Below are positions 53,215 through 64,000 of a stretch of 64,000 nucleotides of DNA, in pieces; the first letter of the stretch is position 1; each line of letters starts with the position of its first letter. A model generated the notes under the pieces. It saw only the letters and a list, made by a program, of their open reading frames with translations. It made no database searches and had not been told where the DNA came from. A program made the position numbers and the translations under genes. The DNA is from Octopus vulgaris (lineage: Eukaryota), in contig OX597817.1 of assembly GCA_951406725.2 (NCBI GenBank), positions 90,520,001-90,584,000 on the forward strand, in the 5' to 3' direction.

Positions 53215-55468
53215 TACATCACCCAAATCCACTCACAAAGCTTTGGTTGGCTAGAGTAGATGAGTAGATGACACTTGCCCCCAAATGCCATGCAGTAGGA
53301 TTGAACCTGAAACCATGTAGTTGGGAAGCAAACTTGTTAAGAAACAGCCATGTGTGTTTGTGTGTGCATGTGTACTTATGAATGCATGTATGGATGTACA
53401 TATGATGTATGTGTGTATGTGCATATATTTACAGGATGGGGGTTGTATACATGTGGACACATCTCCAGACAGTTAAACTTATGATTATCTACAACACAGG
53501 TAGATAGCAACATCCTCTCAGTCCATGCATACTTGATCTGGTGGAATATCCAGTATGTGACTGCTGGAAAAATAGACAGCTACACCAGAACAGGCAGGAA
53601 TTTTTCATTTGACTTTGCTTTGAAAAGCAAGGCATAAATATCACACAGTGTCCTCTTCAACGAATCTGAGGCTCTAACTCCATGTTTGATACAAACAGCA
53701 GTTTTATAAATAAAAAAATAAAAACAATATTGTAGTCTGGTATTTTTTTAATATAGACACAAAAGAGTGGCAGATAGGCAGAATCAATAGAGAACTGGAA
53801 AAAAATTCCATGTGGTATTCTTTGTCTCACCAAGGTCAACCTTGCTTTTTATCCTTTTAAGGTAAATAAGATAAAGCACCAGTCAAGTAATCAATGTAAT
53901 CAACTCCTTGAAAATCTTGGTCTTGTTTCTAAATTTGAAACGATTATACAAACACAAGCATAGTTGTGACATTCAGGAGTCTGCTTTAAAGTTGTAAGGT
54001 CTCATGTTCCATCTTATCATGTGGCACACAGGCCAAATGTTGTTTAACATAGCTTTGACCAAAGCCTTATCAGTTGAATTTAGTAAGCAGATGCTGTGTG
54101 GAAACCCATCAGAGGGTTTGCTTTTATGTTTTAGTTGCAAATTTGATCCATTGTCAAATTCACTACCATCTGGCACTCTGCTACAAACGTTTGGGGACAG
54201 GTTTCTGGTCTTGAACATAACTTTCTCACTTTCTTCCCCAGTCTCAGAGATGCTAAAACCAATAAGAGGCATCACTCTTTGTTCTCTCACTAAATCAGTG
54301 AAAAGAAAATAGAAAGCATAAAATAGAAGTATTGAGAAATGCATGACTGTCATAAAATCCCACCATCTATATCTATAAATCTGTTACTTCTCTGGGTGAA
54401 TATAAAATCAAAATACATATTCGACAGATAAAATGTGCGAAACAAAGTAATGGATTTTCTATTCGAAATAAACTGAGACTGACTTTGCCTTTCATCCTTC
54501 TGGACAGTACAGGACTGATGTATGAGGTTTAGAGGCTTCACCCCAAGGGTCTCTAACACCTGGAAATGTCTGTAGTGTATAAGTGAAAAGTTATTGAAAA
54601 TAATGCTGGGGCCTTATGATATTTGTAGCTCAAGGATCTCATGATAATTGTATCCCAGGTGCCAATAAAATCTCAATCTGGATCTGTTCTTGGGGTCAAC
54701 AGAATTAGGTATGTGTCAAATACTGAGATCATTTTTAATAGAGTATTTCCAACCCTGGTATTTGTGGCCTTGAATCAAAGTAAGAATTCAATATTCTGTA
54801 TAATATTGATATTATTTTATTGTGTTTCATCAGTGGAGAAATTGTTTTTCCTATTGTTGATGTTCTGCTGTGTTGAATGAATGATACATCATGATATTGA
54901 TTTTATTGATTAGATAAAAATAGTAATGGCACAGAAAGAGTTGGGCACCAGACTAAACATTTCATAAGTTTCTTGTCGTACTCTACTTCAAATCTCACTG
55001 GGATTCACTTTGTTCTTTATCCCCGGCAAAGGGTCAACAGAAAAGTACCAACCACATGCTGGGATAGATTCAATTATCATATCCCTTCCATTAACATTTC
55101 TGAGTTCAATTTAACTACATACATTGACCTTTATTTTCACAAACATGTCGCATTTATGTGGCTGACAGGAAATACTCAAAGGGAGTATTCCACATATCAT
55201 CTACCATAGTAACTTTAGTTATGTGAAAATACTTCAGAAGAATTTAATGAATAAATTTTACATTTCAAAATACATTCAGTCCTGCTGGTCGATTTAGAGA
55301 TTAATTCCAGATCTTCAGCAAAGAACAACCTTAGCAACCGACACGCTATGGTCTGTCTGCTATTTATTCATTTTATATAACATATCTTTTTCATGACAAT
55401 AGCATTGTTAATTACAGGCTTCCAAAAGGTTGACTGCTGGTTCCTTACATTTTGAAAAGCAAAAAGAA

Positions 55469-55534
<66 letters not shown>

Positions 55535-56302
55535 GAGGGACTATTTGAGAAAGTCAGGCTAAATAAATACTAAGCACAGCAGACTAGAGTAGTGGGTTCT
55601 TAAGTAAGGGACATAACTCTGCTTGCTCCAATTTATTTCTGCGGCTCCAAACATCGTATTCAGCTTTGAATGGTTTATTGGGAGGAAAGGTGGCCTCCAA
55701 CTATAAAGTCCTTTGTTCTAAAAGGATAAATAAATAAACAATACAAAAAATATATATAAGATACACACTGTGCTGCCACAAGAAAAAAAAAGAAAAGAAA
55801 AACCTTCTGTAGAATTTTCCAAGCTTTACAGAGAAAAGAAAGTGAGTGGGAATGAGAAGGGAAGTGCTCTACTCCAGTGAAGTCGTCAAGAGATGGCTGA
55901 CCGGGACAAAACTAGAGTGACTGGAACTGCTCTAAGCCATGCAGCTTCAAAGTGAAGAACAGCAATTGGATGAATATTTTTGTTTTTGATTTCAGGGAGA
56001 TCTTGGATCTGTGGGGGTTCCTTGATCAGCCCATGGATTCATCATATTTTCTATACATCATACACTTTTCACTTAATTTCTCTCAACCTACTTTCATTCA
56101 TCATTCAGTTTTATGTAAATCCCCATGTGTAGTGTAACTTTTATAACATCTTCCTCCTTTGATGAGTTAGTGGAATTTAAAAGAAATCATTAAAATATTA
56201 TTATTATTATTATCATTATTATCGATAGAGATAGCAGTGCATACCATCAAAGTGACACTGGGGTAAAATATACTATTGTTTTTATTTTTATTATTATCAT
56301 CA

Positions 56303-56369
<67 letters not shown>

Positions 56370-56499
56370 CATTATTATTATTGTCAGAACTGTTAGCACG
56401 CCAGGCAAAATACTTAGTGACATTTTCTCAAACTTTATGTTCTGAGTTCAAATTCTGCCAAGATTGACCTTTCAGCCTTTCAGGGTCAATAAAATAAAA

Positions 56500-57512
56500 T
56501 TATAATAATGAAATTATTGTGTATAGTGTGCAGGTGCACCACAACTCATCAAAGGTGCCTGTACAGTACATAGAATTATGTACAAAAGTCAGGAAAGTGA
56601 ACAGTGTATGGAGCCATGATATACATGTGTGCATGTGTATGGAGTGGGGAATATCAAGTGTAGTGTTGGCAAATTTCAGGAAGCATGGAGGTTTTAAAGG
56701 ATGCAATGTCATGGCAACTAATAATTGATGCAGGTAGTTTGTTCCATACTTCAGCACCTCTGAGTGTGAAAAAATGTTTCTAAAAGTCATAGGAGTTGTG
56801 CTGTTTTCTGACTTTGTAGGGGTGCCCATGTGTGTTAGACACATGGAGCTAAAGAAGGTGCTCAATGTGATTATTGGCACAATGGTTAATAATTTTGTGG
56901 GTGATTACTAAGTCAGTTGCCAGATATCGGAGCTTCAATGTACCTATGCCCAAAGAAGCAAGGCATTCAGAGTATGGTAGATGCCTAATGGAGGGTATTC
57001 ACTTGGTTGCACATCTCTGAAAAGTTTCCAAGAAGTCAATGTCCTGAGTAAGATAAAGATTCTAGACTGGTGATGCAAATTCCAAGTGTGGCCACACCAT
57101 AGCCATATACAGTCTAAAATAGATAGCTGGAGAGTGGCTGACAAAGCTTTTGCTGAGGGATGCCAAGACCTTCTTGGCCTTCTAGAAAATTTTAGAGATG
57201 TGCTTTTCTCCAGTGCAAATCACTGCTGAGAGTAATGACCAGGTCACATTCACAAGAAGACTTCTTGATATTAGTGTTGTAGAGAGAGTACGTGGATGGA
57301 TGCTGGGTTCTTCCTCCCAAAATGCATGGTGATACAGTTGCCAGTCTGTGATCCATTGTTGCATTGTGTCCAAGTCTGATTGCAGGAAAGATCTACAGTA
57401 TTCAGGATCTGTCCTTTTTATCTTAAGGTACAGCTTGATGTCATCTGCATATTTCAGCACTGTGGTATTCTTTAAGTTGGCATCTACGTCATTAATGTAA
57501 GCAACAAACAGT
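56500..57512 (-). mobile_element. 5'-truncated CR1-group LINE
   Basis: LFVAYINDVD...LKYADDIKLYL and LQSDLDTMQQW, with a decayed C-terminus and 3' UTR. Confidence 0.82.
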
Positions 57513-58670
57513 ACCAGTTGAGCATTGAACTTGCTGGCCTTGTGCCAAAATTTGAAACATCATTATTATAATAATTATTATTATTGAGGTGGTGAATTGG
57601 CAGAATTGTTAGAACACCAGGTAAAATGTTTCATGATATTTTGCCCGTCACTACATTCTGAGTTCAAATTCTGCCAAGGTCGACTTTGCCTTTCATCCTT
57701 TTGGGGTTGATAAATTAAGTACCAGTGAAACACTGGGGTTGATGTAATCAACTAGTCCCCTCCCACAAAATTTCAGGCCTTGTGCCTATAGTAGAAAGGA
57801 GTATTATTATTGTTATTATTATTATTATTATAAGTATTATTATTAAGGTGGTTATCTGGCAGAACCATTAGTGCATTGTACAAAATTCCTAATGGAATTT
57901 CTTCTGGATCTTTACATTCTTAGTTCTAATTCAGCTGAGTTTCACTTTGCCTTCCATCCTTTCGGAGTAGATAAAATAAGTACCAGTTGAATATTGGGTC
58001 AATGTAATCAACTAACCCCCTCCTACTAAATTTCAGGCCTTGTGCCCATAGGAGAAAGGATTGTTGTTAAGGTGTTGAAAGGAAAAGTTGACCCTAGTAA
58101 GACTAAAACTCAAATAATAATAATGATGGTTGCTCCTGTTGACTTCGACATGAGTGTTTGAAGGAGAAGATTTGAAGACAAAAAGAGAGAAAAAACATGG
58201 GAAAAAGAGAAAACAACTTTCAAAAAGTAAAAAAAACAGAAGAAGCTGCATCTATTTGCGATGGATGCAGGAATGCAGTAATAATGTAGTGATCCGGAAG
58301 AACTGTTAGTGCTTTGGACAAAATTCTTCTTGGTGGCATTTCTTATGATGCTTTACATTCTAAGTTCATATTCTGCTGAGGTCAACTTTACTTTTCATCA
58401 TTTTGAGGTCAATAAAATGAAGTATCAGTTGAACTGGAGTTGATGCAATCGACAATCTCTCAATCACTGGCCCTAAAATTGCTGGCCTTGTGCCAACTTT
58501 TGGGAATGTTATTATAATTGATTTTGTTGTTGTTGTTGTTATTGTGAATATTAATGTTCTGCCTTTCACCTTTCAAGGTCAATAAAATAAAATATCAGTT
58601 AAGTATTGGGTTTGATTTAATCAATTAAAATTTCAGGTCTCACAAAATTTCAGGTCTTGTACCTTATGTT
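57510..58670 (+). mobile_element. Cluster of 4-5 SINE family A copies next to the Epac exon donor
   Basis: Copies at about 57587-57800, 57846-58060 and 58290-58506, plus partial copies at 57510 and 58560. Confidence 0.8.
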
Positions 58671-58787
58671 CTTGGTTTAAATTGTACCCTGAGTGACTCT
58701 GCACTGGAAATGCAATGTCACTCTGACTGAGTTAAGTAAGGCAATATCTAGAAAGAAAGAAAAAATAAGAAAGTCAAAAGTACTTAC

Positions 58788-58934
58788 CTCCCATAATATT
58801 TTAAAATCTTTTTGTTCAACACGTATTAATTCACAAAAATCACTTGTTACAACGGTGGCATGTCTGGGTTTGTCTGTGAGAACTGACTCTCCAAATGTGG
58901 TGCCAGTACCAAGAGTGCATAGTGTCACAAGATC
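58788..58934 (-). CDS. RAPGEF4: Epac/RAPGEF4-like exon, C-terminal half of the first cyclic-nucleotide-binding domain (CNB-A)
   Basis: 147-nt phase 0/0 exon with a polypyrimidine tract plus acccag acceptor and a GAG|gtaagta donor. It encodes [49 protein letters not shown], containing the FGE...PRHAT phosphate-binding cassette. This closely matches vertebrate Epac2 as I recall it ([49 protein letters not shown]). Confidence 0.92.
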
Positions 58935-59333
58935 CTGGGTGAAAGAAAAAAAAGAGAAGGTAAAACATGGAAAACCTTGTCAAAGAGTTGGATGAAAGGA
59001 AAGATTGTCAAAACCGAAGTTTATCAAGTAAAGAGAATTGACTAAGAAAAATATTAATAAACAATTAGTGAACAAGAAACATGGATTATCAAAAATAAAG
59101 ATGAAGTTAATTACTGTTATATTTGTCCAAAAATATTATCTCTTATTCACTCTTTTCTTATTGGTTTTATTCATGTATTTTTGTTCTGTTTTGACTAATT
59201 TTTTCGTCTTTACTCTTATAACCATCCATGCCAACATACTCACATATATACATACATATATATATCTCAGCTTGTCTTCCTTTACTTTTCTTCCATGAAC
59301 ACCTAAAGGCCTTAAGCCAATACCACCCCCTTC

Positions 59334-59340
59334 TATATAA
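59334..59340 (+). promoter_or_regulatory. TATA-like box (TATATAA) in the RTE 5' leader
   Basis: Lies ~75 nt upstream of the ORF ATG and is flanked by ACCACC / GGTGGT, which can pair. This is a motif match only. Confidence 0.3.
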
Positions 59341-59411
59341 GGTGGTGAAAATACGGCACAAAACATGATAGTGTAGTGTAACAGGTTGAACTTAAGATCA
59401 TTGCTTTGCTT

Positions 59412-62400
59412 ATGAATTCTGCCAAATGCGAGCTTTCTTCTTTTCAGGTACATGACGCCACTGCTCCCCGTCCCTGGACCTCTCGGGTCCATACCTTCCA
59501 CTCCTTCAGGGTGGGCACCCTCAACGTTGGCACACTGAAAGGTAGATCTGGCGAGATAGTTGAGATGCTTGAACGGAGATGGGTTGATGTATGTTGCATG
59601 CAAGAAATAAGGTGGAGAGGAGGATCTGCTAGGTTCCTCACAGGCAAGGAACACAGGTACAAGATTTTCTGGGCAGGGAACACTGACGGGGTCGGTGGCG
59701 TGGGTATACTTATCGCTGAGAAATGGGTAGATAGAGTAATTGAGGTAATCAGAGTAAGTGACAGAATACTTAAGATTAGAATAGTGCTTCATAATAGATT
59801 AGCAACCATTATATCGGCCTATGCCCCTCAACCAGGGCTACCCGATCGACAGAAAGACAGTTTCTATGACACCCTACTGCAGACCACCTCATTGACGAAC
59901 GACAGGGACCTTCTCTTTGTGGCTGGTGATTTCAATGGGCATGTTGGACGACATGCTGGGGGCTTCCATGGCGAACATGGAGGCTACGGTTATGGTTCCC
60001 GCAACGAGGAGGGAACCAGGCTGCTGGAGTTCTGCGATGCAAATGACCTTATGGTCTGCAATACCAACTTCAGGAAATCCACCTCTCACCTAGTCACCTA
60101 CCGTTCTGGCAGACACACCAGACAGATTGACTACATCCTTGCCAGAAAAAGGGAAAGATGGCTGCTTATAAATGCCAAAACCTTCCCAGGCGAAGAATGC
60201 ACCCCACAACATAGACTGGTAGTTAGTGACTTTAGGATCAGGACTAAGAGGGCGACTAGAAGACGACCAACATGGAGAAGAAGGGTCTGGAAGCTAAAAG
60301 ACCCTGCGAATGGACAGAGATTTAGAGATATGTTACTTGAAGCCTTTGACGAAGTGGAAGGGGGTATAGCTACGCATGGGGTAGAAGACAACTGGACGTT
60401 TCTGAGGGACAACCTGCTGAAAGCCGCTGACCAGATCTGTGGCTGGTGCAAAGTCCCCTTAAGACCCAAAATAACGTGGTGGTGGAACAATATTGTTGAT
60501 AGGGCTATTAGACAAAAGAAACAGGCTTGGAAGGCCTGGAAGAACGGTGGTAGCAGGGAAGTGTATCAGACTGCCAGAAGGGAAGCTAGGAGACAGGTCT
60601 ATCTAGCCAGAGGGGAGGCAGATAAAGAAAAATTTGCCAATGTCCTGCGCCGTGAGGATGAAAGACTTGAGGTATTTCGTGTTGCAAGACAGTGTGTGAG
60701 AGAGAATCGTGACGTGGTAGGAGAGAAATGTGTTCGCAAGGATGACGGTTCACTTGCGCTAAATGAGGATGCAAAGAGAGAGGCTTGGAGATGCCACTAT
60801 GAAAGGTTGCTGAATGAGGAAAATGAATGGGATAAAGAGAGTCTCCCGAATGTCGACCCAACAGAGGGACCAGCAATCCGAGTTAACAGTTCCTTAGTAG
60901 ATAAGGCAATTAGAAGCATGAAAACAGGGAAAGCCCCAGGCCCATCAGGAATTACTGCAGAGATGCTAAAAATATCTGGTAGTGTCAGCTATAGCTTAGT
61001 CACCCATATAGTAAACCAGGTGATACACGAAGGAGTCATACCCAATGACTGGTGTAGCAGCATAATAGTCAACTGCTACAAAGGTAAAGGCGACGCCTTA
61101 GATACAAATAACTACAGGGGCATCAAGCTGCTGGATCAGGTAATGAAGGTTACGGAGAGGGTTATAGCCCAATTAATTAGAGAGAGAGTTAGCTTAGATG
61201 ATATGCAGTTTGGGTTCGTGCCAGGGAAAAGTACTACTGATGCTATATTCCTGGTAAGACAGCTGCAGGAGAAATACCTAGCCAAAGATAAGCCCTTGTA
61301 TCTGGCTTTTGTTGACTTGGAGAAAGCCTTTGACAGGGTCCCCCGATCCCTTATCTGGTGGTCAATGAGGAAACTAGGGATAGATGAATGGTTAGTGAGA
61401 GCTGTGCGAGCCATGTACAGAGACGCTGCTAGTAAGGTGAGGGTTGGCAACGAGTACAGTGAAGAATTCCGGGTAGAGGTTGGGGTCCACCAAGGTTCAG
61501 TCCTCAGTCCCCTCCTATTTATCATAGTCCTCCAGGCAATAACGGAGGAATTCAAGACAGGATGCCCCTGGGAGCTCCTCTATGCTGATGACCTTGCTCT
61601 AATTGCTGAGTCACTATCAGAACTGGAGGAGAAGTTTCAGGTGTGGAAACAAGGATTAGAATCGAAGGGCCTTAGAATCAACCTAGCCAAAACCAAAGTC
61701 CTAATAAGTAGGAAGGTGGACCAATCACAAACGACTTCAGGTAGATGGCCCTGCTCGATCTGTAAAAAAGGTGTAGGTAGAAGCTCTATAAGGTGCACCA
61801 AGTGTAAGCTATGGACACATAAGAGGTGCAGCAATGTCAAAGGAAGGCTAACTAAGAAAATAGTTTTTGTCTGTGGCAGATGCTCAGGAGCAATAAACAC
61901 TGGAAATGTGCAGAGACCAACTTCTACCACGTTCCAGGGAGACAAACTAGAAGTAGTTGATAGCTTCCGCTACCTAGGAGACCAAGTCAGTAGCGGGGGT
62001 GGGTGTGCTGAAAGTGTAACTGCTAGAGTAAGAATAGCCTGGGCAAAGTTTAGAGAGCTCTTACCCCTGCTGGTGACAAAAGGCCTCTCGCTAAGAGTAA
62101 AAGGCAGACTATATGATGCGTGTGTACGTACAGCCATGCTACATGGTAGTGAAACATGGGCCATGACAGCTGAGGATATGCGTAAGCTTGCAAGAAATGA
62201 AGCCAGTATGCTCCGATGGATGTGTAATGTCAGTGTTCATAATCGTCAGAGTGTAAGTACTTTGAGAGAAAAGTTGAACCTAAGAAGTGTCAGTTGTGGT
62301 GTGCAAGAGAGACGGCTGCGCTGGTATGGTCATGTGACGAGAATGGCTGAAGATAGTTGTGTGCAAAAGTGCTACACCCTAGCAGTTGAGGGAACCTGTG

Positions 62401-62534
62401 GAAGAGGTAGACCCAGGAAAACCTGGGACGAGGTGGTGAAGCACGACCTTCAAACTTTAGGTCTCACCAAGGAAATGACTGAAGACCGAGTCCTATGGAA
62501 GTGTGCTGTGCATGAGAGGACCCGGCAGGACTAG
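59412..62534 (+). CDS. RTE LINE polyprotein: APE endonuclease, reverse transcriptase and internal PHD-type zinc finger
   Basis: APE motifs GTLNVGTL, CMQEIRW, SAYAPQ, VAGDFNGHVG, IDYIL and QHRLV. RT motifs KAPGPSG, YRGIKLL, QFGF, FVDLEKAFDRV, GVHQGSVLSPLLF, LYADD and FRYLG. RTE-type C-terminus RRLRWYGHV...GRGRPRKTW. First ATG at 59412 (the track starts at TTG 59406). Confidence 0.95.
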   Translation: MNSAKCELSSFQVHDATAPRPWTSRVHTFHSFRVGTLNVGTLKGRSGEIVEMLERRWVDVCCMQEIRWRGGSARFLTGKEHRYKIFWAGNTDGVGGVGILIAEKWVDRVIEVIRVSDRILKIRIVLHNRLATIISAYAPQPGLPDRQKDSFYDTLLQTTSLTNDRDLLFVAGDFNGHVGRHAGGFHGEHGGYGYGSRNEEGTRLLEFCDANDLMVCNTNFRKSTSHLVTYRSGRHTRQIDYILARKRERWLLINAKTFPGEECTPQHRLVVSDFRIRTKRATRRRPTWRRRVWKLKDPANGQRFRDMLLEAFDEVEGGIATHGVEDNWTFLRDNLLKAADQICGWCKVPLRPKITWWWNNIVDRAIRQKKQAWKAWKNGGSREVYQTARREARRQVYLARGEADKEKFANVLRREDERLEVFRVARQCVRENRDVVGEKCVRKDDGSLALNEDAKREAWRCHYERLLNEENEWDKESLPNVDPTEGPAIRVNSSLVDKAIRSMKTGKAPGPSGITAEMLKISGSVSYSLVTHIVNQVIHEGVIPNDWCSSIIVNCYKGKGDALDTNNYRGIKLLDQVMKVTERVIAQLIRERVSLDDMQFGFVPGKSTTDAIFLVRQLQEKYLAKDKPLYLAFVDLEKAFDRVPRSLIWWSMRKLGIDEWLVRAVRAMYRDAASKVRVGNEYSEEFRVEVGVHQGSVLSPLLFIIVLQAITEEFKTGCPWELLYADDLALIAESLSELEEKFQVWKQGLESKGLRINLAKTKVLISRKVDQSQTTSGRWPCSICKKGVGRSSIRCTKCKLWTHKRCSNVKGRLTKKIVFVCGRCSGAINTGNVQRPTSTTFQGDKLEVVDSFRYLGDQVSSGGGCAESVTARVRIAWAKFRELLPLLVTKGLSLRVKGRLYDACVRTAMLHGSETWAMTAEDMRKLARNEASMLRWMCNVSVHNRQSVSTLREKLNLRSVSCGVQERRLRWYGHVTRMAEDSCVQKCYTLAVEGTCGRGRPRKTWDEVVKHDLQTLGLTKEMTEDRVLWKCAVHERTRQD

Positions 62535-64000
62535 TCAGGCCATATCCCGTGGCCCCTACCTGGGACGTAGTCGATCCACCTGTGCATACCTTCCTTCTTG
62601 TGACACTTGTGAAGACCTGCTGAGGCAAGTGAAAATCAATCAAAATAGATGAACATCAATGGAATTTGTATCTTTGTGGTACCAGTGCCTGTGGCACACA
62701 AGAAAACCATCCGAACGTGGCCGTAGCCAGTACCGCATCGACTGGCCTCCGTGCTGTGGGAACATGGTGGCACATAAAAACACCATCCGAAGACCCGGCA
62801 AGACTAGTCAGGTCATAACCCGTGGGCCCTACCTGGGACGTAGTCAGTCCACCTGTACATACCTTCCTTCTTGTGACACTTGTGAAGACCTGTTGAGGCA
62901 AGTGAAAATCAAAACAAATCAAAATAGATGAACATCAATGGAATTTGTATCTTTGTGGTATCAGTGCCGGTGGCACACAAGAATCCATCCGAACGTGGCC
63001 GTAGTCAGTACCGCTTGTGGTACCAGTGCCGGTGGCACACAAGAATCCATCCGAACGTGGCCGTAGTCAGTACCGCATCACTGGCCATCGTGCTGTGGGC
63101 ACATAACAAACACCATCCGGTCTTGGCCGTTCGCCAGCCTCATCTAGCACCTGTGTCGGTGGCACATAAAAACACCATCCGAAGACCCGGCAAGACTAGT
63201 CAGGCCATAACCCATGGCCCCTACCTGGGACGTAGTCAGTCCACCTGTGCACACCTTCCTCCTTGTGATACTTGTGAAGGCCTGTTGAGGCAAGTGAAAA
63301 TCAAAATCAAATCAAAACAAATCAAAATAGATGAACATCAATGGAATTTGTATCTTTGTGGTACCAGTGCCGGTGGCACACAAGAGAAAACCATCCGAAA
63401 GTGGCCATAGCCAGTACCGCATCGACTGGCCTCCGTGCTGTGGGCACATGACAAACACCATCCGATCGTGGCCGTTCGCCAGCCTCATCTAGCACCTGTG
63501 TCGGTGGCACATAAAAACACCATCTGAAGACCCGGCAAGACTAGTCAGGCCATAACCCATGGCCCCTACCTGGGACGTAGTCAGTCCACCTGTGCATACC
63601 TTCCTTCTTGTGACACTTGTGAAGACCTGTTGAGGCAAGTGAAAATCAAAATCAAAACAAATCAAAATAGATGAACATCAATGGAATCTGTATCTTTGTG
63701 GTACCAGTGCCGGTGGCACACACTTTGTGGTACCAGTGCCGGTGGCACACAAGAGAACCATCCGAACGTGGCCGTAGCCAGTTCCGCATCGACCGGCCTC
63801 CGTGCTGTGGGCACGTAACAAACACCATCCGATCATGGCCGTTCGCCAGCCTCATCTGGCACCTGTGTCGGTGGCACATAAAAACACCTTCCGAAGACCC
63901 GGCAAGACTAGTCAGTCCACCTGTGCATACCTTCCTTCTTCCTTCCTTCTTGTGACACTTGTGAAGACATGTTGAGGCAAGTGAAAATCAAATCAAATCA
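62516..64000 (+). repeat. Higher-order tandem array in the RTE 3' region (4 full units plus a partial fifth)
   Basis: The marker GA(A/G)GACCCGGCA(A/G)GACTAGTCAG occurs at about 62516, 62789, 63181, 63526 and 63893, giving units of about 273, 392, 345 and 367 bp. Each unit contains ~50-bp subrepeats (GGCACA...ACCATCCGA...TGGCCGT). Confidence 0.92.

Larger units (their letters stand above)
59260..64000 (+). mobile_element. Apparently full-length, young RTE-clade non-LTR retrotransposon; its 3' end runs off the window
   Basis: Single uninterrupted APE-RT ORF with a short 5' leader after a (TACA/TA)n tract, followed by a tandemly amplified 3' region. The 5' boundary is approximate. Confidence 0.9.

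Noticed and set aside
53973-54353. Overlapping 126-aa and 102-aa ORFs
   Set aside because: They are partly made of a decayed CORE-like SINE and show no homology or exon signals.
59136-59792. 218-aa minus-strand ORF, and other antisense ORFs over the RTE
   Set aside because: They are shadows of the RTE coding strand running into unrelated intron sequence, with no recognisable domain.
62600-62640. Hammerhead in the RTE array (CTGCTGAG/CTGTTGAG...GAAA)
   Set aside because: There is no CUGANGA box with stem II, stem III and an NUH triplet in the right order.
62516-64000. CRISPR-like appearance of the repeat array
   Set aside because: The context is eukaryotic, there are no cas genes, and the intervening segments are homologous to each other rather than unique spacers.

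Overview
AT-rich, microsatellite-dense eukaryotic DNA whose repeat content points to a coleoid cephalopod, probably Octopus (inference, no database search). The only host gene I can support is an Epac/RAPGEF4-like cAMP sensor on the minus strand. Two coding exons of it (58788-58934 and 1637-1697) join in frame across a ~57 kb intron. The rest is intronic and filled with mobile elements. These include one apparently intact RTE-clade LINE (1042-aa APE-RT ORF with a C4HC3 PHD-type finger inside the RT), followed by a higher-order tandem array built from its own 3' end. There are also truncated RTE, R4/Dong and CR1 LINEs, Helitron and DDE-transposase remnants, two tRNA-derived SINE families and MITE-like palindromes. 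The most interesting unannotated signals are: (i) minimal type I hammerhead ribozyme motifs, two near-canonical (11110-11174, 40534-40581), several decayed, and one possible U3-A8 core variant inside a palindrome; (ii) a candidate alternative first exon (MAVLVWE) that would give an Epac2B-like isoform lacking most of CNB-A; (iii) inverted RTE copies flanking the in-frame-skippable CNB-A exon. All RNA folds were done by eye, and repeat boundaries are approximate.
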